NCBI GenBank assembly: GCA_964504725.1
Contig: CAZDFI010000004.1
Span: 1-46,591 of the forward strand
From: an uncultured Enterobacteriaceae bacterium
GTDB taxonomy: Bacteria > Pseudomonadota > Gammaproteobacteria > Eutrophobiales > Eutrophobiaceae
Length of the DNA: 46,591 bases
Reading direction: 5' to 3'
The notes beneath the pieces were generated by a model. It was not told the DNA's origin and did not search any database. It saw only the letters and a list, made by a program, of their open reading frames with translations. The position numbers and the translations under genes are program-made. Numbering within the stretch: position 1 is the stretch's first letter; each line of letters starts with the position of its first letter. Positions 29,951 through 41,287 of this stretch are shown here, piece by piece.

Positions 29951-31225
29951 CTACTCGATGTTTTTTGACAATATTTCACCGATTTCGCTCCACGCCACAG
30001 TTTCCTGTTCAGATTTGTCTCTCAATGACTTGAAGCCTATGGTCTGGTTTTCCAGTTCTTCGCTACCAAGGATTAGCCCAAATAGTGCACCGGATTTATC
30101 AGCGCGCTTGAACTGATTCTTAAAACTTCCTCCGCCACAATGGGTAATGAGCCTGAGTTGAGGTAGCTGATCACGTAATGACTCGGCAAGTTTCATACCG
30201 GCAGCAATGACTTCATCTTCAGCAGAGAGGATCAAATAAACATGCAGTGGCTGTTGTTCTATGTCACAGCCATTGGTTTCAATCAGCGCTATCAGACGTT
30301 CCAACCCCAGTGCAAAGCCACAGGCAGGTACAGGTTTGCTACCAAAGTGCTCGACGAGCCCATTATAACGGCCACCCGCACAAACAGTGCCTTGAGCGCC
30401 GAGTTGATCGGTGACCCATTCAAATACGGTTTGTCCATAGTAGTCCAGGCCACGTACAAGTCGCGGTTTGATCTCAAACTCAATCCCAGCCTCATTCAGT
30501 ATGTGTTGTAACTGATCAAAGTGGGCCCTGGACTCCGCATCCAGATGATCCTTCATCAGCGGTGCAGCGTTAATCAATTCCTGCATCTGCGGATTTTTAC
30601 TGTCCAGAATACGTAACGGGTTGGTGTGGAGTCTACGTTGGTTATCTGTATCCAGCTGATCTTCAACTTTTGAAAAATAATCGATCAGTATTTGACGATA
30701 TTCATTTCTTGCCTGTACGGAACCCAGAGAATTTAATTGCAGACTAATATCCTTGAGTCCCAGTTCGCGCCACAGGCGCGCACTCAATATGATAAGCTCA
30801 GCATCAATATCCGGGCCAACAAAGCCAAATGCCTCGACACCGATCTGGTGAAATTGTCTTTGCCGGCCCTTTTGTGGTCTTTCATGTCTGAACATGGAGC
30901 CCATATACCAGAGTTTTTGTGTCTGGTTGTGGAATAGGCCATGTTCGAGTCCGGCTCTTACACAGCTTGCTGTTGCTTCCGGCCGTAGGGTCAGGCTGTC
31001 GCCATTGCGATCTTCAAAGGTGTACATTTCCTTGGAAACAATATCTGTCTGCTCGCCAATAGAGCGCGCGAATAATTCAGTTTTTTCAAGAATGGGCAAA
31101 CGGATTTCCTGATAACCATAGTTATTCAGGATCTGTATTATTTTTTTTTCAACAAATTGCCAGCGATATGATTCTTCTGGCAATATGTCAGACATGCCAC
31201 GTATGGCTTGTAACTTCTCAGACAA
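29951..31225 (-). CDS. hisS: histidine--tRNA ligase
   Basis: [10 protein letters not shown], class II motifs ([22 protein letters not shown]-type CAGGRYNGL). Confidence 0.95.
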   Translation of the reverse strand: MSEKLQAIRGMSDILPEESYRWQFVEKKIIQILNNYGYQEIRLPILEKTELFARSIGEQTDIVSKEMYTFEDRNGDSLTLRPEATASCVRAGLEHGLFHNQTQKLWYMGSMFRHERPQKGRQRQFHQIGVEAFGFVGPDIDAELIILSARLWRELGLKDISLQLNSLGSVQARNEYRQILIDYFSKVEDQLDTDNQRRLHTNPLRILDSKNPQMQELINAAPLMKDHLDAESRAHFDQLQHILNEAGIEFEIKPRLVRGLDYYGQTVFEWVTDQLGAQGTVCAGGRYNGLVEHFGSKPVPACGFALGLERLIALIETNGCDIEQQPLHVYLILSAEDEVIAAGMKLAESLRDQLPQLRLITHCGGGSFKNQFKRADKSGALFGLILGSEELENQTIGFKSLRDKSEQETVAWSEIGEILSKNIE

Positions 31226-31332
31226 TGGGTTCTCCCAGGAAATGATTTATTTTAAGTTTTGTGTGGGTCATATTAATTTAGGGCGTCATTATAACAGCGT
31301 GTCAATAAATATGAGTCATTACGTCATGGGTG

Positions 31333-31360
31333 AAAAGGACCATCTCCGGTTAACGGAGAT
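31333..31360 (-). terminator. weak candidate intrinsic terminator after rodZ
   Basis: On the minus strand: ATCTCCG-ttaac-CGGAGAT (7-bp stem), then ggTCCTTTTC. A near-palindrome CCGGGGAATTCCCTGG lies next to it at 31361-31376. Confidence 0.3.
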
Positions 31361-31422
31361 CCGGGGAATTCCCTGGGGATAATGGTTGCAGGCTGACGCT
31401 TTATTTAAAATTATGCTGAAAA

Positions 31423-32343
31423 TTATTCTAGCAGAAAACGGGCGACACCTGCTTTGGTATGTTTGTTTGTATCAAAGGCTTTACCATTGAAGTTGACAGA
31501 AACGGCACTGGCGTTACCAATTTTGACTGACAAGGGGAGGGTGCCCGTTAAACTAATTTTTTCTCCAGGTTTTGCAAGGTCAATATAGAGCTTTTCACCC
31601 AGGGCGTCATAGACTTCAATCCAGGATTCAGCCGTTAATTCCATTTTCAAGGTGTCCGGGTTTGTTTGAGCACTCAGGTTTGAAAAATCGTCTATTGATA
31701 ACTGATCACTGGACTTAGGTTTATTTGATCCTGGATTACTGGTTTCAGGTAATTCTAGAATATCCGGAGAAACTGTTACTTCCATGTTTTCAGACATGTA
31801 TTCAGTGTCTTCGATTTTAGCCACGGTCAGTATCTCTGGATGCGTAACGATGTCATAGGTGTAGGTAAAGCCACCTGGGTATTCGCCCCCCTCGCTGGTT
31901 TTAACCTTGTTTAAGAAGAGATCAGTATCAACAATGTTTTTTCCTTGCCACCAGGCAATGATCAATATCACTAATGTGAACGTAATTAGATAGGTCATTG
32001 CCTTTACTGGTGTATCTTTACTGCTTGCCTGAACCTTAGGTTTAACATCAGGAAGAATTTCCGGTGGTGCATCGGCTGAGCCCTGGTAAATTTTAATTAT
32101 ATTATCTGCGTCCAGGTTGACAGCACGTGCGTAACTTCTGATATATCCCCTTACATAGGTTGGAGCGGGTAAGTCATCGAAACTATTGGCATCCAGTGCT
32201 GCAATAATTTCTTCCTTCAGATTGAGTCTGGACGCAATATCTTTTTGAGATAGCTCCAACTTTTCTCTGGCCTTGGTGAGCAAGCCCCCAAGGTTAATAC
32301 TGTTATCCAGCTGATCTTCGTTATCACTTATATATTTTAACAT
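31423..32343 (-). CDS. rodZ: cytoskeleton protein RodZ
   Basis: N-terminal Xre-type HTH (LGGLLTKAREKLELSQKDIASRL), single TM, C-terminal DUF4115-like domain. Confidence 0.85.
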   Translation of the reverse strand: MLKYISDNEDQLDNSINLGGLLTKAREKLELSQKDIASRLNLKEEIIAALDANSFDDLPAPTYVRGYIRSYARAVNLDADNIIKIYQGSADAPPEILPDVKPKVQASSKDTPVKAMTYLITFTLVILIIAWWQGKNIVDTDLFLNKVKTSEGGEYPGGFTYTYDIVTHPEILTVAKIEDTEYMSENMEVTVSPDILELPETSNPGSNKPKSSDQLSIDDFSNLSAQTNPDTLKMELTAESWIEVYDALGEKLYIDLAKPGEKISLTGTLPLSVKIGNASAVSVNFNGKAFDTNKHTKAGVARFLLE

Positions 32344-32346
32344 TTC

Positions 32347-33129
32347 TTATCGGGCCATCCTGTCTTTTAACAAGTCTGCTTCATTGCTAGTAGAAAATTT
32401 ATTTTTCAGCAATAGTTCGTAGCTCGAACGTGCGTCTTTGTCACCGAGTTCTGTTTCTATATTGATGCCGAGCCAGAGGCTTTTTGCTGTATGTGCACTT
32501 ATTTCAAGGTATCGTTGCAAATAGGCTCTTGCCGACAGGTAATTGGCAGTTGTATATGAAATCTGCGCCATTTGTATCAGGGCAACTGCGACCCTGGGGT
32601 TTTTTTCAAGTGCAATTCTAAAATGTGTTTCAGCAACATCTAACTTATCCTGTTTAAATGCACAGGTACCGGCGTTCGAAAGTGCAATTTCCGGCGTCGA
32701 ATATAATGGATTTTGTGCAGCTTTCAGGAAAGCCGCTTCTGCTTCTTCAAAGCGCGAATCCTGACAAAGAAATTGACCATAGTTATTCAGGGTTGGAGAA
32801 TCATTGCCATTCAAAGCAAGGGCCTGCTTGAAAAAACTTTCTGCTCTTACTTTGTCTCCAAGTCGTTGGTATAAAACGCCCATTGTATTGTATGTAGGCG
32901 GATAGTTTTTATCTGACTCTTGTGCCTTTTGTAATTTAACCAGTGCTTTTTCGTATTCGCCTCTTTTTAAGTACTCGATACCTAGTTTAAGATTAAGCCT
33001 CGTAATGTCGTTAGTTGTGGCAGTTGGTCGAATGGTTTCTGAACTTGTGCCTGATCCTACAGTCGTCGGAGTACATCCAGTCAGGCCTAGACACGTGATA
33101 ACAAGACAAATGAGAGTAAGTTTTCTCAT
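32347..33129 (-). CDS. pilW: type IV pilus biogenesis/stability TPR lipoprotein PilW (PilF of Pseudomonas)
   Basis: Lipobox LTGC. Tandem TPRs. Conserved rlmN-pilW-rodZ order. Confidence 0.8.
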   Translation of the reverse strand: MRKLTLICLVITCLGLTGCTPTTVGSGTSSETIRPTATTNDITRLNLKLGIEYLKRGEYEKALVKLQKAQESDKNYPPTYNTMGVLYQRLGDKVRAESFFKQALALNGNDSPTLNNYGQFLCQDSRFEEAEAAFLKAAQNPLYSTPEIALSNAGTCAFKQDKLDVAETHFRIALEKNPRVAVALIQMAQISYTTANYLSARAYLQRYLEISAHTAKSLWLGINIETELGDKDARSSYELLLKNKFSTSNEADLLKDRMAR

Positions 33130-33143
33130 GGTTTATTTTCCAA

Positions 33144-34229
33144 TCAATGATGTTGATGTTTTTTTGCACGGGCCATCACCTTGCCGACCAACTGACCGCA
33201 GGCTGCATCGATATCTCTACCTCTGGTTTTCCGCGTGACGGTAAAAACACCGCCCTTGATCAAGATGTCTCTGAATTTGTCAATCACCAATGTGCTGGAG
33301 CATCTGTAGTCAGTTCCAGGAAATGGATTGAATGGGATCAGGTTAATCTTTGCGGGGATTCCATGCATTAGCTTAACAAGCATACGAGCCTCGGTTTCAC
33401 TATCATTAATGCCATCCAGCATAACATATTCGAAAGTGATGGTATCCACAGCACGGATTTTTGCGTATCTTTTGCATGCCTCCATTAACTTTGCAATTGG
33501 AAAGCTTTTGTTAATAGGTACCAGTTTATTGCGTAGTTCATCATTGGTTGCATGCAATGAAATAGCCAGACTGACGTCACTTGTTTCTGCCAGTTTATCA
33601 ATTGCCGGAACCAGTCCCGATGTGCTCAGGGTGACCCGTTTGCGCGAAAGTCCATAAGCATGATCTTCCATCATCAGGTTCATGGCGCTAACAACATTAT
33701 CAAAATTGAGCATGGGTTCGCCCATGCCCATCATGACGATATTACTGATGGTGCGGTTTTTATGTTGGTAAACTCCCAGTGCCTGGTTGGCAATCCATAA
33801 TTGGCCAATGATTTCACCGGTCGTCAGGTTGCGGTTAAACCCCTGCTTGCCGGTAGCGCAGAAGCTGCATTCCAGTGCGCAACCCACCTGAGAAGATATA
33901 CATAAAGTTCCTCTGTCTTTTTCCGGGATAAATACGGTTTCTATGCTGTTGTTGTTATCAAGCTGGAGTAACCATTTGCGCGTGCCATCTTCTGATATTT
34001 GTTCAGAGATTATTTTTGGAAGTTCTATCCTGGCGATGTCAGATAATTTTTCACGAAGTGCTTTACTTAAAGTTGTCATCTCCGAGAAATCGGTGATTCC
34101 GTGCTGATATATCCACTTTAGTACCTGGGCGGCACGAAAAGGTTTTTCACCCATGTCGGCAAAATAGGCCTCCATGGATTGTCGATCCAGATCAAGCAGA
34201 TTTGTTTGCTTGCCCACGTCTATGCCCAT
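33144..34229 (-). CDS. rlmN: 23S rRNA/tRNA adenine-C2 methyltransferase RlmN (radical SAM)
   Basis: [11 protein letters not shown] radical-SAM cluster motif, MGMGEP, C-terminal ACGQL. Confidence 0.95.
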   Translation of the reverse strand: MGIDVGKQTNLLDLDRQSMEAYFADMGEKPFRAAQVLKWIYQHGITDFSEMTTLSKALREKLSDIARIELPKIISEQISEDGTRKWLLQLDNNNSIETVFIPEKDRGTLCISSQVGCALECSFCATGKQGFNRNLTTGEIIGQLWIANQALGVYQHKNRTISNIVMMGMGEPMLNFDNVVSAMNLMMEDHAYGLSRKRVTLSTSGLVPAIDKLAETSDVSLAISLHATNDELRNKLVPINKSFPIAKLMEACKRYAKIRAVDTITFEYVMLDGINDSETEARMLVKLMHGIPAKINLIPFNPFPGTDYRCSSTLVIDKFRDILIKGGVFTVTRKTRGRDIDAACGQLVGKVMARAKKHQHH

Positions 34230-34259
34230 ATTTCAGGCTCCACGTTTCATGGTTATAGG

Positions 34260-34697
34260 TTACCGTCTGCGTTCGCAGATTTCCTCTGGCTTGAAGAAAA
34301 ACTTGATTTCTTCCACCGCTGTTTCCGGCGCGTCAGATCCATGTACTGTATTTTCGTTGGCCCTGCCATCTCTTGCCAGATCATAGCGGATGGAACCAGG
34401 AGCAGCGAATTCTGGCATGGTTGCACCCATTAAGGTACGGTAATTTGCAATCGCGTCTTCACCTTCGAGGACTGTGATCATCACTGGGCCAGAGGTCATG
34501 AATTCAACCAGCAGTGTATAGAAAGGTCGCTCTTTATGAATAGCATAAAATTCTTCGGCCTGTTCTTTTGTTAGATGTGCCATTTTGGCAGCAACGATTG
34601 TCAGGTCATTTGCCTCAAATCGTGAAAAAATCTCTCCAATATAATTCTTCGCTACGGCATCAGGCTTGATTATCGATAGCGTACGTTCAACAGCCAT
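34260..34697 (-). CDS. ndk: nucleoside-diphosphate kinase
   Basis: [19 protein letters not shown] active-site His. Confidence 0.95.
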   Translation of the reverse strand: MAVERTLSIIKPDAVAKNYIGEIFSRFEANDLTIVAAKMAHLTKEQAEEFYAIHKERPFYTLLVEFMTSGPVMITVLEGEDAIANYRTLMGATMPEFAAPGSIRYDLARDGRANENTVHGSDAPETAVEEIKFFFKPEEICERRR

Positions 34698-34764
34698 TTA
34701 CTTACTTGCTCCAAAAAGGGTGCTTAAAGGGGAAATCAGGCTTAGCTGATTAATTAAACGCGCG

Positions 34765-34792
34765 ATTATACGTGCTTGGAATCAAGCGTAAA
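34765..34792 (-). promoter_or_regulatory. candidate sigma70 promoter for ndk
   Basis: Minus strand: TTTACG (34792-34787), 16 nt spacer, TATAAT (34770-34765). Located ~70 nt upstream of the ndk start. Confidence 0.3.
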
Positions 34793-34844
34793 GCCTTTAT
34801 CTCACCTCATGTGACGTAAATACGAATAAGCAGTAAATAATCTA

Positions 34845-35183
34845 TCAATCCCAACGATCATCACGTGTTTGAACGATACCGTCTATGATTTGAACAGGAA
34901 AAATCGGAATATCTTCATAGGCAGGAGGTGTGAGAGCGGCACCTGTTTTCAGGCAAAATCTCGCACCATGTCGTGGACAGATAATTTGATCGCCATCAAG
35001 CAATTGTTCTGTCTCCAGTCCACAGCCCAACAAGGGGGAATTGTCATGGCTGCAGGTATCTTCGATAGCAAAATATTCACCACCGAGATTAAAAACGGCA
35101 ATTTGTACATCACCCAGATCAACCAGTCTGGCCTGACCCGGGCCAAAGAGTTCTGTGGGTTCTATATTAATCCAGTCTGACAT
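34845..35183 (-). CDS. Rieske [2Fe-2S] ferredoxin-type protein
   Basis: CSH...CPRH Rieske ligand motifs, 112 aa. Last gene of the suf run. Confidence 0.85.
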   Translation of the reverse strand: MSDWINIEPTELFGPGQARLVDLGDVQIAVFNLGGEYFAIEDTCSHDNSPLLGCGLETEQLLDGDQIICPRHGARFCLKTGAALTPPAYEDIPIFPVQIIDGIVQTRDDRWD

Positions 35184-35222
35184 AACAGGGATCTCTAGAA
35201 GGAATTATATAAATAATGGGTG

Positions 35223-35780
35223 TTAATAAAGGCCAGTTTGTAATCTGGCAGCTTCTGACATCATGGTTTGATTCCATGGTGGATCAAAAGTCAGTTCGAC
35301 ATTGACCTGGGTGACATTAGGTAAGCTACTAATTTTGCTGCGAACATCATCGGCCAGAAATTCACCCATGCCACAGCCGGGGGCAGTCAGTGTCATGGTG
35401 ATATCGACCTGATTACCCGCTTCGACAGGGGTGATGCTGCAATTATAAATCAGACCGAGTTCGACAATGTCGATAGGAATTTCCGGGTCGTAGCAGGTAC
35501 GCAGTTGATCCCAGATTAATGTTTCTTCAACACTGCCATCCCCTGTTAACTTATGTGCAGATTCGGAATCAATATTCTCTTCTTCAACCTCAAATCCCAG
35601 TGCGTCAGTATCTTTACTGTCCACGCGCGCAAGATTGCCATTGATATTCACCGTATAGCTTCCACCTAATGCCTGCGTTATATAGACGATACTGTCTTTT
35701 TCAAGTTTGATGGGTGTGCCATCGGGGATCAGTGCAGCGTCACAGTCTCGTAACAGCGTGATTGGATCATTATGTTGCAT
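35223..35780 (-). CDS. sufT: SufT-like Fe-S assembly protein (DUF59/MIP18 domain with N-terminal extension)
   Basis: DPEIPIDIVELGLIY and LTAPGCGMG DUF59 motifs. Confidence 0.8.
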   Translation of the reverse strand: MQHNDPITLLRDCDAALIPDGTPIKLEKDSIVYITQALGGSYTVNINGNLARVDSKDTDALGFEVEEENIDSESAHKLTGDGSVEETLIWDQLRTCYDPEIPIDIVELGLIYNCSITPVEAGNQVDITMTLTAPGCGMGEFLADDVRSKISSLPNVTQVNVELTFDPPWNQTMMSEAARLQTGLY

Positions 35781-35797
35781 GATTAATTCTCAATTTA

Positions 35798-36253
35798 TCA
35801 TTCTGTAGTCGCAGCACATGTATCACCTTGCATCGCGGAGTGCAGAGTGTGCCAGCAAAGTGTCGCGCATTTGACGCGTGCGGGGTATTCCTTAACACCC
35901 GCAAGGGCAGCAAGCTTTCCAAGTTTTTGCATTTCATCATTATCGGGATTCTGTTCTTCCATGATGAGATTGTGAAAATTCTGAAACAGCTGTTCGGCTT
36001 CTTCAGTGGTCATGCCTTTCAAGGAATCTGTCATTAAAGAAGCAGAAGCGACGGATATAGCGCAACCGGAACCATCAAAACTGACATCGGTGATGACATC
36101 ATCTTCTGTTTTTAAATAAAGATTTAATTTGTCGCCACACAGCGGGTTATAGCCTTCAGCGACCTGGGTCGCATCCTCGAGTTTGCCAAAATTTCTCGGG
36201 CTGCGATTATGGTCAATGATGACTTCCTGATAGAGATCTTTTATGTCGAACAT
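35798..36253 (-). CDS. sufU: SUF-system NifU/IscU-like sulfur acceptor SufU
   Basis: LYQEVIIDHNRSPRNFG, NPLCGD, GSGCAIS and KCATL motifs. Confidence 0.85.
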   Translation of the reverse strand: MFDIKDLYQEVIIDHNRSPRNFGKLEDATQVAEGYNPLCGDKLNLYLKTEDDVITDVSFDGSGCAISVASASLMTDSLKGMTTEEAEQLFQNFHNLIMEEQNPDNDEMQKLGKLAALAGVKEYPARVKCATLCWHTLHSAMQGDTCAATTE

Positions 36254-37509
36254 CAGGCAAACACCTCTCTGGCTTTTTCCATAGCCTGAATCAATCTATC
36301 AACTTCTGCAAAGGTATTGTAGAAAGCAAAGGAAGCGCGAGCAGTTGCAGGCACATCAAAATGAGTCATCACCGGCATGGCACAATGATGCCCTGTGCGT
36401 ATGGCGACGCCTTCATGATCAAGGATAGTGCCGATGTCATGTGGATGAACACCATCCATGACGAAAGATAAAATACTCGCCTTCTGTTCAGCAGTGCCTA
36501 TTAAGCGCATGCCTTCAATTTGCTTAGCTTTGTTTGTCGCGTATTCAAGCAGCTCATGTTCATAAGCGCCAATGGCATCGAGTCCTATGGTGTTGACATA
36601 GTCAATGGCTGCACCCAGCCCAACGACACCGGCAATATGCGGCGTGCCTGCTTCAAACTTGTAGGGCAGATCGGCATACATTGTTTTTTCGAATGACACC
36701 ATCTTGATCATATCGCCACCGCCTTGCCAGGGAGGCATGGCTTCGAGCAACTCTGTCTTGCCGTAAAGTACGCCGACACCCGTGGGGCCGAATAACTTGT
36801 GTCCGGAAAATACATAAAAATCGCAATCCAGTGCCTGTACATCTACGATAGTGTGTGGCGTCGCCTGTGCACCATCAATAATGGTAATAGCATTATGTTC
36901 GTGGGCACGGTCGATAATAGTTTGAACCGGATTGATTGTTCCCAGGGCATTTGAGATATGAACCACCGAAACAATCTTTGTCTGCGAGCTGAGTAATTTC
37001 TCAAACTCTTCAACCATCAGTTCACCGTCATCGTTAATCGGAATAATCTTCAGGATCGCGCCTGTTTGTTCACATAATAATTGCCAAGGCACGATGTTCG
37101 AATGGTGTTCCATTTCAGAAATAATAATTTCATCGCCGTCTTTAAGATTTGTTCTGCCAAAACTCTGAGCAATCAGGTTGATGCCTTCAGTCGCCCCGCG
37201 CACAAAAACAATCTCTTTCTCCGAGCCGGCGTTAATAAAGTCACGTACCTTGCCCCGGGCTTGTTCGTAGTCAGCGGTCGCTCTCTCACTCAAGGTATGT
37301 ACACCCCGGTGGATATTGGCATTGTCTTGCTGATAATATTTATCCAGTGCCTCGATCACCTGCCTGGGTTTTTGCGAGGTCGCAGCGTTATCAAGGTAGA
37401 CAAGCGGGTTGCCATTGACCTCTTGATGCAGGATCGGAAAATCCTGACGAATATTTTCAACATCCAAAGTAGATGTTTTAATATTATTTGCTGTGCTGGT
37501 GCTAGACAT
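36253..37509 (-). CDS. sufS: cysteine desulfurase SufS (class II)
   Basis: FSGHKL PLP-Lys motif, RTGHHCA active-site Cys loop. Confidence 0.95.
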   Translation of the reverse strand: MSSTSTANNIKTSTLDVENIRQDFPILHQEVNGNPLVYLDNAATSQKPRQVIEALDKYYQQDNANIHRGVHTLSERATADYEQARGKVRDFINAGSEKEIVFVRGATEGINLIAQSFGRTNLKDGDEIIISEMEHHSNIVPWQLLCEQTGAILKIIPINDDGELMVEEFEKLLSSQTKIVSVVHISNALGTINPVQTIIDRAHEHNAITIIDGAQATPHTIVDVQALDCDFYVFSGHKLFGPTGVGVLYGKTELLEAMPPWQGGGDMIKMVSFEKTMYADLPYKFEAGTPHIAGVVGLGAAIDYVNTIGLDAIGAYEHELLEYATNKAKQIEGMRLIGTAEQKASILSFVMDGVHPHDIGTILDHEGVAIRTGHHCAMPVMTHFDVPATARASFAFYNTFAEVDRLIQAMEKAREVFA

Positions 37510-38892
37510 TTATTTGCCTTCCTTAATACTATTGGCCGAATTCAAATTGGCCTTGATTAAATCAGCGTCAGGTAAGCGGCCACCGACGTTGAATTCCAGT
37601 TGCTCACGAACAGGCGCAAACTTGATGCGACGAATGACTTCATCAGCAAAGGCAAAGGTTAATAAACTTTTGGCTGTTTCTTCATCGAGACCACGTGAGC
37701 GAAGATAGAACAACATGTTTTTGTCTAGCTGGCCAACGGTTGCACCGTGACTACATTTCACATCATCGGCATAGATTTCCAGTTCAGGTTTGGTATCAAT
37801 CTCGGCGTGATCAGATAACAAAAGATTGGCATTAGATTGTGCTGCCTCTATTTTCTGTGCATCTTTATGCACAATGACCTTGCCATTGAAGACGCCATGC
37901 GCACGGCCATCCAGCACGCCGCGATAATTTTCGTCACTTTGAGTATGAGGTCTGGAATGATTTACCAGTGTGTGGTTATCGACATGCTGGCTACCATTGC
38001 CCATGTAAAGCCCGTTTAAAATAATCTTGGCACCATCACCGGCCAGTTCCGTAACAATGTCATTGCGTACGATTGCACCACCTAATGAGATTGAATGTGA
38101 TTCAACACGGCTGTTACGATGCTGTTTCAGATGTGTGCCACCGATATGAAAACTATCAGTGTTTTCCTGTTGTATTTTGTAATGTTCAAGTACTGCACCA
38201 TCAGCTGTTTCAATCTCGGTAATGGTATTGGTAAAACCAACAACGCCTTCCAGCCCATGAAAACTTTCAATAACGTTGGCCTGAGAATTTTTACCCAGAA
38301 CAATTAAATTGCGAGGCACAGTGGCAAGTTTTGATTCTGTAGACGCGGAAACAAAATAAACGACGATAGGATCTTCTATGACGATATTGTCCGGAACATA
38401 GATAAATGCACCATCATTAAAGAACGCTGTATTTAAGGCAGCGAATACATGATTATTCGAATCGAGACACTGGTTGAGGCTGGATTCAAGAAGTGCTGGA
38501 GTATTGACCAGGGCATCCCGCAGGCTGCCAAGCACAACGCTATCTGGTAACGAGCCTATATTAGAATGTTCGGACGAATACTGACCGTTGATAAAGACTA
38601 GTTCATGACTGTTTTCCGCATTAAATTTCAGCTTATCCAGATCAGCAGCTTGAATTACATTGTCTGTCGAAGCTGCTGTCACGAATCCAGTTTTGGTAAT
38701 ACGAGAGACATCCGTATATTTCCAGTTTTCATGACGACGTGTTGGGAAACCCGCTTCCTGAAACTGATCAAAGGCAGATTGTCGATGCGCAGCTAACCAT
38801 GGCAAGGTGTCATTACCCTGTTGTGCGGAAAAAGCCGACTGATAATTTTTTGCCAGCTTATTGGCCAAATTATTTACTTGAGGCGAACTCAT
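37510..38892 (-). CDS. sufD: Fe-S cluster assembly protein SufD
   Basis: Beta-helix region with ...[12 protein letters not shown] and LFYLRSRGL motifs. Overlaps sufC by 4 bp. Confidence 0.9.
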   Translation of the reverse strand: MSSPQVNNLANKLAKNYQSAFSAQQGNDTLPWLAAHRQSAFDQFQEAGFPTRRHENWKYTDVSRITKTGFVTAASTDNVIQAADLDKLKFNAENSHELVFINGQYSSEHSNIGSLPDSVVLGSLRDALVNTPALLESSLNQCLDSNNHVFAALNTAFFNDGAFIYVPDNIVIEDPIVVYFVSASTESKLATVPRNLIVLGKNSQANVIESFHGLEGVVGFTNTITEIETADGAVLEHYKIQQENTDSFHIGGTHLKQHRNSRVESHSISLGGAIVRNDIVTELAGDGAKIILNGLYMGNGSQHVDNHTLVNHSRPHTQSDENYRGVLDGRAHGVFNGKVIVHKDAQKIEAAQSNANLLLSDHAEIDTKPELEIYADDVKCSHGATVGQLDKNMLFYLRSRGLDEETAKSLLTFAFADEVIRRIKFAPVREQLEFNVGGRLPDADLIKANLNSANSIKEGK

Positions 38893-39644
38893 GCCGCGTC
38901 AGCCTCCTCGCGTACCCAGTAATAACCTTTTTCTTCGAGTTCCAGAGCCAGTTCCTTACCACCAGATTTAATGATCTTGCCATCAGACAAGACATGTACA
39001 TAGTCAGGGACGATGTAATCCAGAAGGCGTTGATAATGGGTCACAATGACAATGGCACGGTCTTCACTGCGCAGGCCGTTGACACCACTGGCAACAATCT
39101 TCAGGGCATCGATATCCAGGCCAGAATCGGTTTCATCGAGAATGGCCAGTTTAGGTTCAAGTAATGCCATCTGAAAAATTTCATTTCGCTTTTTCTCGCC
39201 GCCAGAGAAGCCTTCATTCACAGCACGATTTAAAAGTTCTTCTTTCATATTGACGACTTTCATTTTTTCTTTAATCAGCGCCAGAAATTCAAAGGCATCT
39301 AGCTCAGCTTCGCCCCGGTGTTTGCGTATGGCGTTCATTGCTGCCTTTAATAAATAAACATTATTCACGCCCGGTATTTCGACAGGATATTGAAAGGCCA
39401 TGAATATGCCTTCGCGCGCACGAATTTCAGGCTCTATTTCGGTAAGATCCTTGCCTTCATAAATGATCTCGCCACTATCGATCTTATATCCATCGCGACC
39501 AACAATGACATTTGCCAAAGTACTTTTTCCAGAACCATTCGGCCCCATGATGGCATGAACCTCACCGGCTTTAACTTCGAGGTTAAGTCCCTTGAGAATT
39601 TGTTTATCTTCCACTGAAGCCTTCAGGTTTTTTATACTTAGCAT
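38889..39644 (-). CDS. sufC: Fe-S cluster assembly ATPase SufC
   Basis: [31 protein letters not shown]. Confidence 0.95.
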   Translation of the reverse strand: MLSIKNLKASVEDKQILKGLNLEVKAGEVHAIMGPNGSGKSTLANVIVGRDGYKIDSGEIIYEGKDLTEIEPEIRAREGIFMAFQYPVEIPGVNNVYLLKAAMNAIRKHRGEAELDAFEFLALIKEKMKVVNMKEELLNRAVNEGFSGGEKKRNEIFQMALLEPKLAILDETDSGLDIDALKIVASGVNGLRSEDRAIVIVTHYQRLLDYIVPDYVHVLSDGKIIKSGGKELALELEEKGYYWVREEADAA

Positions 39645-39670
39645 AATGTCATTTCTCTAATAATTCGCTT

Positions 39671-39694
39671 GACCGCCATGGATGGCGGAAATAC
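39671..39694 (-). repeat. REP-like hairpin in the sufB-sufC spacer
   Basis: The reverse complement GTATTTCCGCCATCCATGGCGGTC matches 46568-46591 (GCATTTCCTCCATCCATGGAGGTC) at 21/24. Two of the three differences are compensatory within the stem. Confidence 0.45.
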
Positions 39695-39777
39695 TAGCAA
39701 TGCAGGAGCAATTGCTTGTGATAGATTTTTAATGCTTAACATAATTTTATTTGCTTAATATTTTTGAAAATAATTCG

Positions 39778-41259
39778 TTATCCCACCGCACCTTCAAGGG
39801 TGATGCCTAATAATTTTTGTGCTTCAACCGCAAACTCCATGGGTAATTCCTTAAACACTTCTTTACAGAAACCATTGACGATCATATTTATCGCATCTTC
39901 TTCCGAGATGCCGCGTTGCTTGCAATAAAACAACTGGTCTTCGCCGATCTTCGAAGTCGTGGCTTCGTGTTCCACCGTCGCAGTTGAATTTTTCACTTCG
40001 ATATAGGGAAAGGTATGCGCACCGCACTTATCCCCCATCAATAAAGAATCACACTGGGTATAATTGCGAGCGTTCTCAGCGGTTTTGGCAATTCGAACCA
40101 GTCCTCTGTACGCATTCTCGGCAAATCGAGCAGAGATGCCCTTGGAGATGATCGTGCTACGAGTATTCTTACCGATATGAATCATCTTGGTGCCTGTGTC
40201 TGCTTGCTGGTAGTTGTTGGTCACAGCGACGGAATAGAATTCACCGACAGAATTATCACCACGTAAAATACAACTGGGATATTTCCAGGTAATGGCAGAA
40301 CCGGTCTCAACCTGTGTCCATGAGATTTTTGAATTAACACCACGACAATCACCGCGCTTGGTGACGAAGTTGTAGATTCCCCCAACACCATTCTCATCAC
40401 CGGGATACCAGTTCTGTACGGTGGAATATTTAATTTGCGCATCATCCAGTGCGATTAATTCTACGACCGCTGCATGTAACTGGTTCTCGTCGCGCATGGG
40501 TGCGGTACAGCCTTCCAGATAACTGACATGGCTGCCTTCTTCGGCAATGATCAAGGTGCGTTCAAACTGCCCTGTGTTGGCAGCATTAATTCGGAAATAA
40601 GTAGATAGTTCCATGGGGCAGCGAACACCTTTAGGGATAAAACAAAAAGAACCATCGGTAAACACAGCAGAGTTAAGTGCTGCAAAAAAATTATCTCCGG
40701 TCGGCACCACTGTACCCAGATATTTTTTAACCAGCTCAGGATGATCCTTAACGGCCTCTGAAAAGGAACAAAAAATGACTCCAGCATCAGCCAGTTTACC
40801 CTTAAATGTGGTGGCGACAGAAACACTGTCAAATACGGCATCAACCGCGACGCCAGCAAGCATCATTTGTTCCTGCAGGGGGATGCCCAGTTTTTCATAG
40901 GTCTCGAGCAATTTAGGATCAACTTCATCCAGACTCTTCGGCCCGTCGTCTTTGGATTTTGGTGCTGAATAATATGAGATGGCCTGATAATCAATCTCTT
41001 CATGATGCACATGCGCCCATTCAGGTGTTTCCATGGTTAACCAGTGCCGGTAGGCATCAAGACGCCATTGCAGTAGCCACTCTGGCTCTTCTTTCTTTTT
41101 CGATATCAGTCGTATGACATCCTCGTTTAAACCAGGGGCAACGGTATCGGTTTCAATGTCGGTCACAAAACCATGTTCGTATTCGGCATTGACCAGTGTT
41201 TCAACCTGGGCATTTTCGGCCGTGGTTGATTCGATATTTTCTGATTGTGATGTCATCAA
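39778..41259 (-). CDS. sufB: Fe-S cluster assembly scaffold SufB
   Basis: 493 aa. [21 protein letters not shown] and [15 protein letters not shown] motifs. Confidence 0.95.
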   Translation of the reverse strand: MMTSQSENIESTTAENAQVETLVNAEYEHGFVTDIETDTVAPGLNEDVIRLISKKKEEPEWLLQWRLDAYRHWLTMETPEWAHVHHEEIDYQAISYYSAPKSKDDGPKSLDEVDPKLLETYEKLGIPLQEQMMLAGVAVDAVFDSVSVATTFKGKLADAGVIFCSFSEAVKDHPELVKKYLGTVVPTGDNFFAALNSAVFTDGSFCFIPKGVRCPMELSTYFRINAANTGQFERTLIIAEEGSHVSYLEGCTAPMRDENQLHAAVVELIALDDAQIKYSTVQNWYPGDENGVGGIYNFVTKRGDCRGVNSKISWTQVETGSAITWKYPSCILRGDNSVGEFYSVAVTNNYQQADTGTKMIHIGKNTRSTIISKGISARFAENAYRGLVRIAKTAENARNYTQCDSLLMGDKCGAHTFPYIEVKNSTATVEHEATTSKIGEDQLFYCKQRGISEEDAINMIVNGFCKEVFKELPMEFAVEAQKLLGITLEGAVG

Positions 41260-41287
41260 TATTTCCTGATTAATTTATTCACCTGGT

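Noticed and set aside
31141-31149. T9 homopolymer (A9 on the coding strand) inside hisS as a possible slippage or phase-variation tract
   Set aside because: The frame is intact (E-K-K-I-I), the gene is essential, and similar A/T runs occur in other AT-rich genes here (e.g. queG near 19135). There is no evidence of phase variation.
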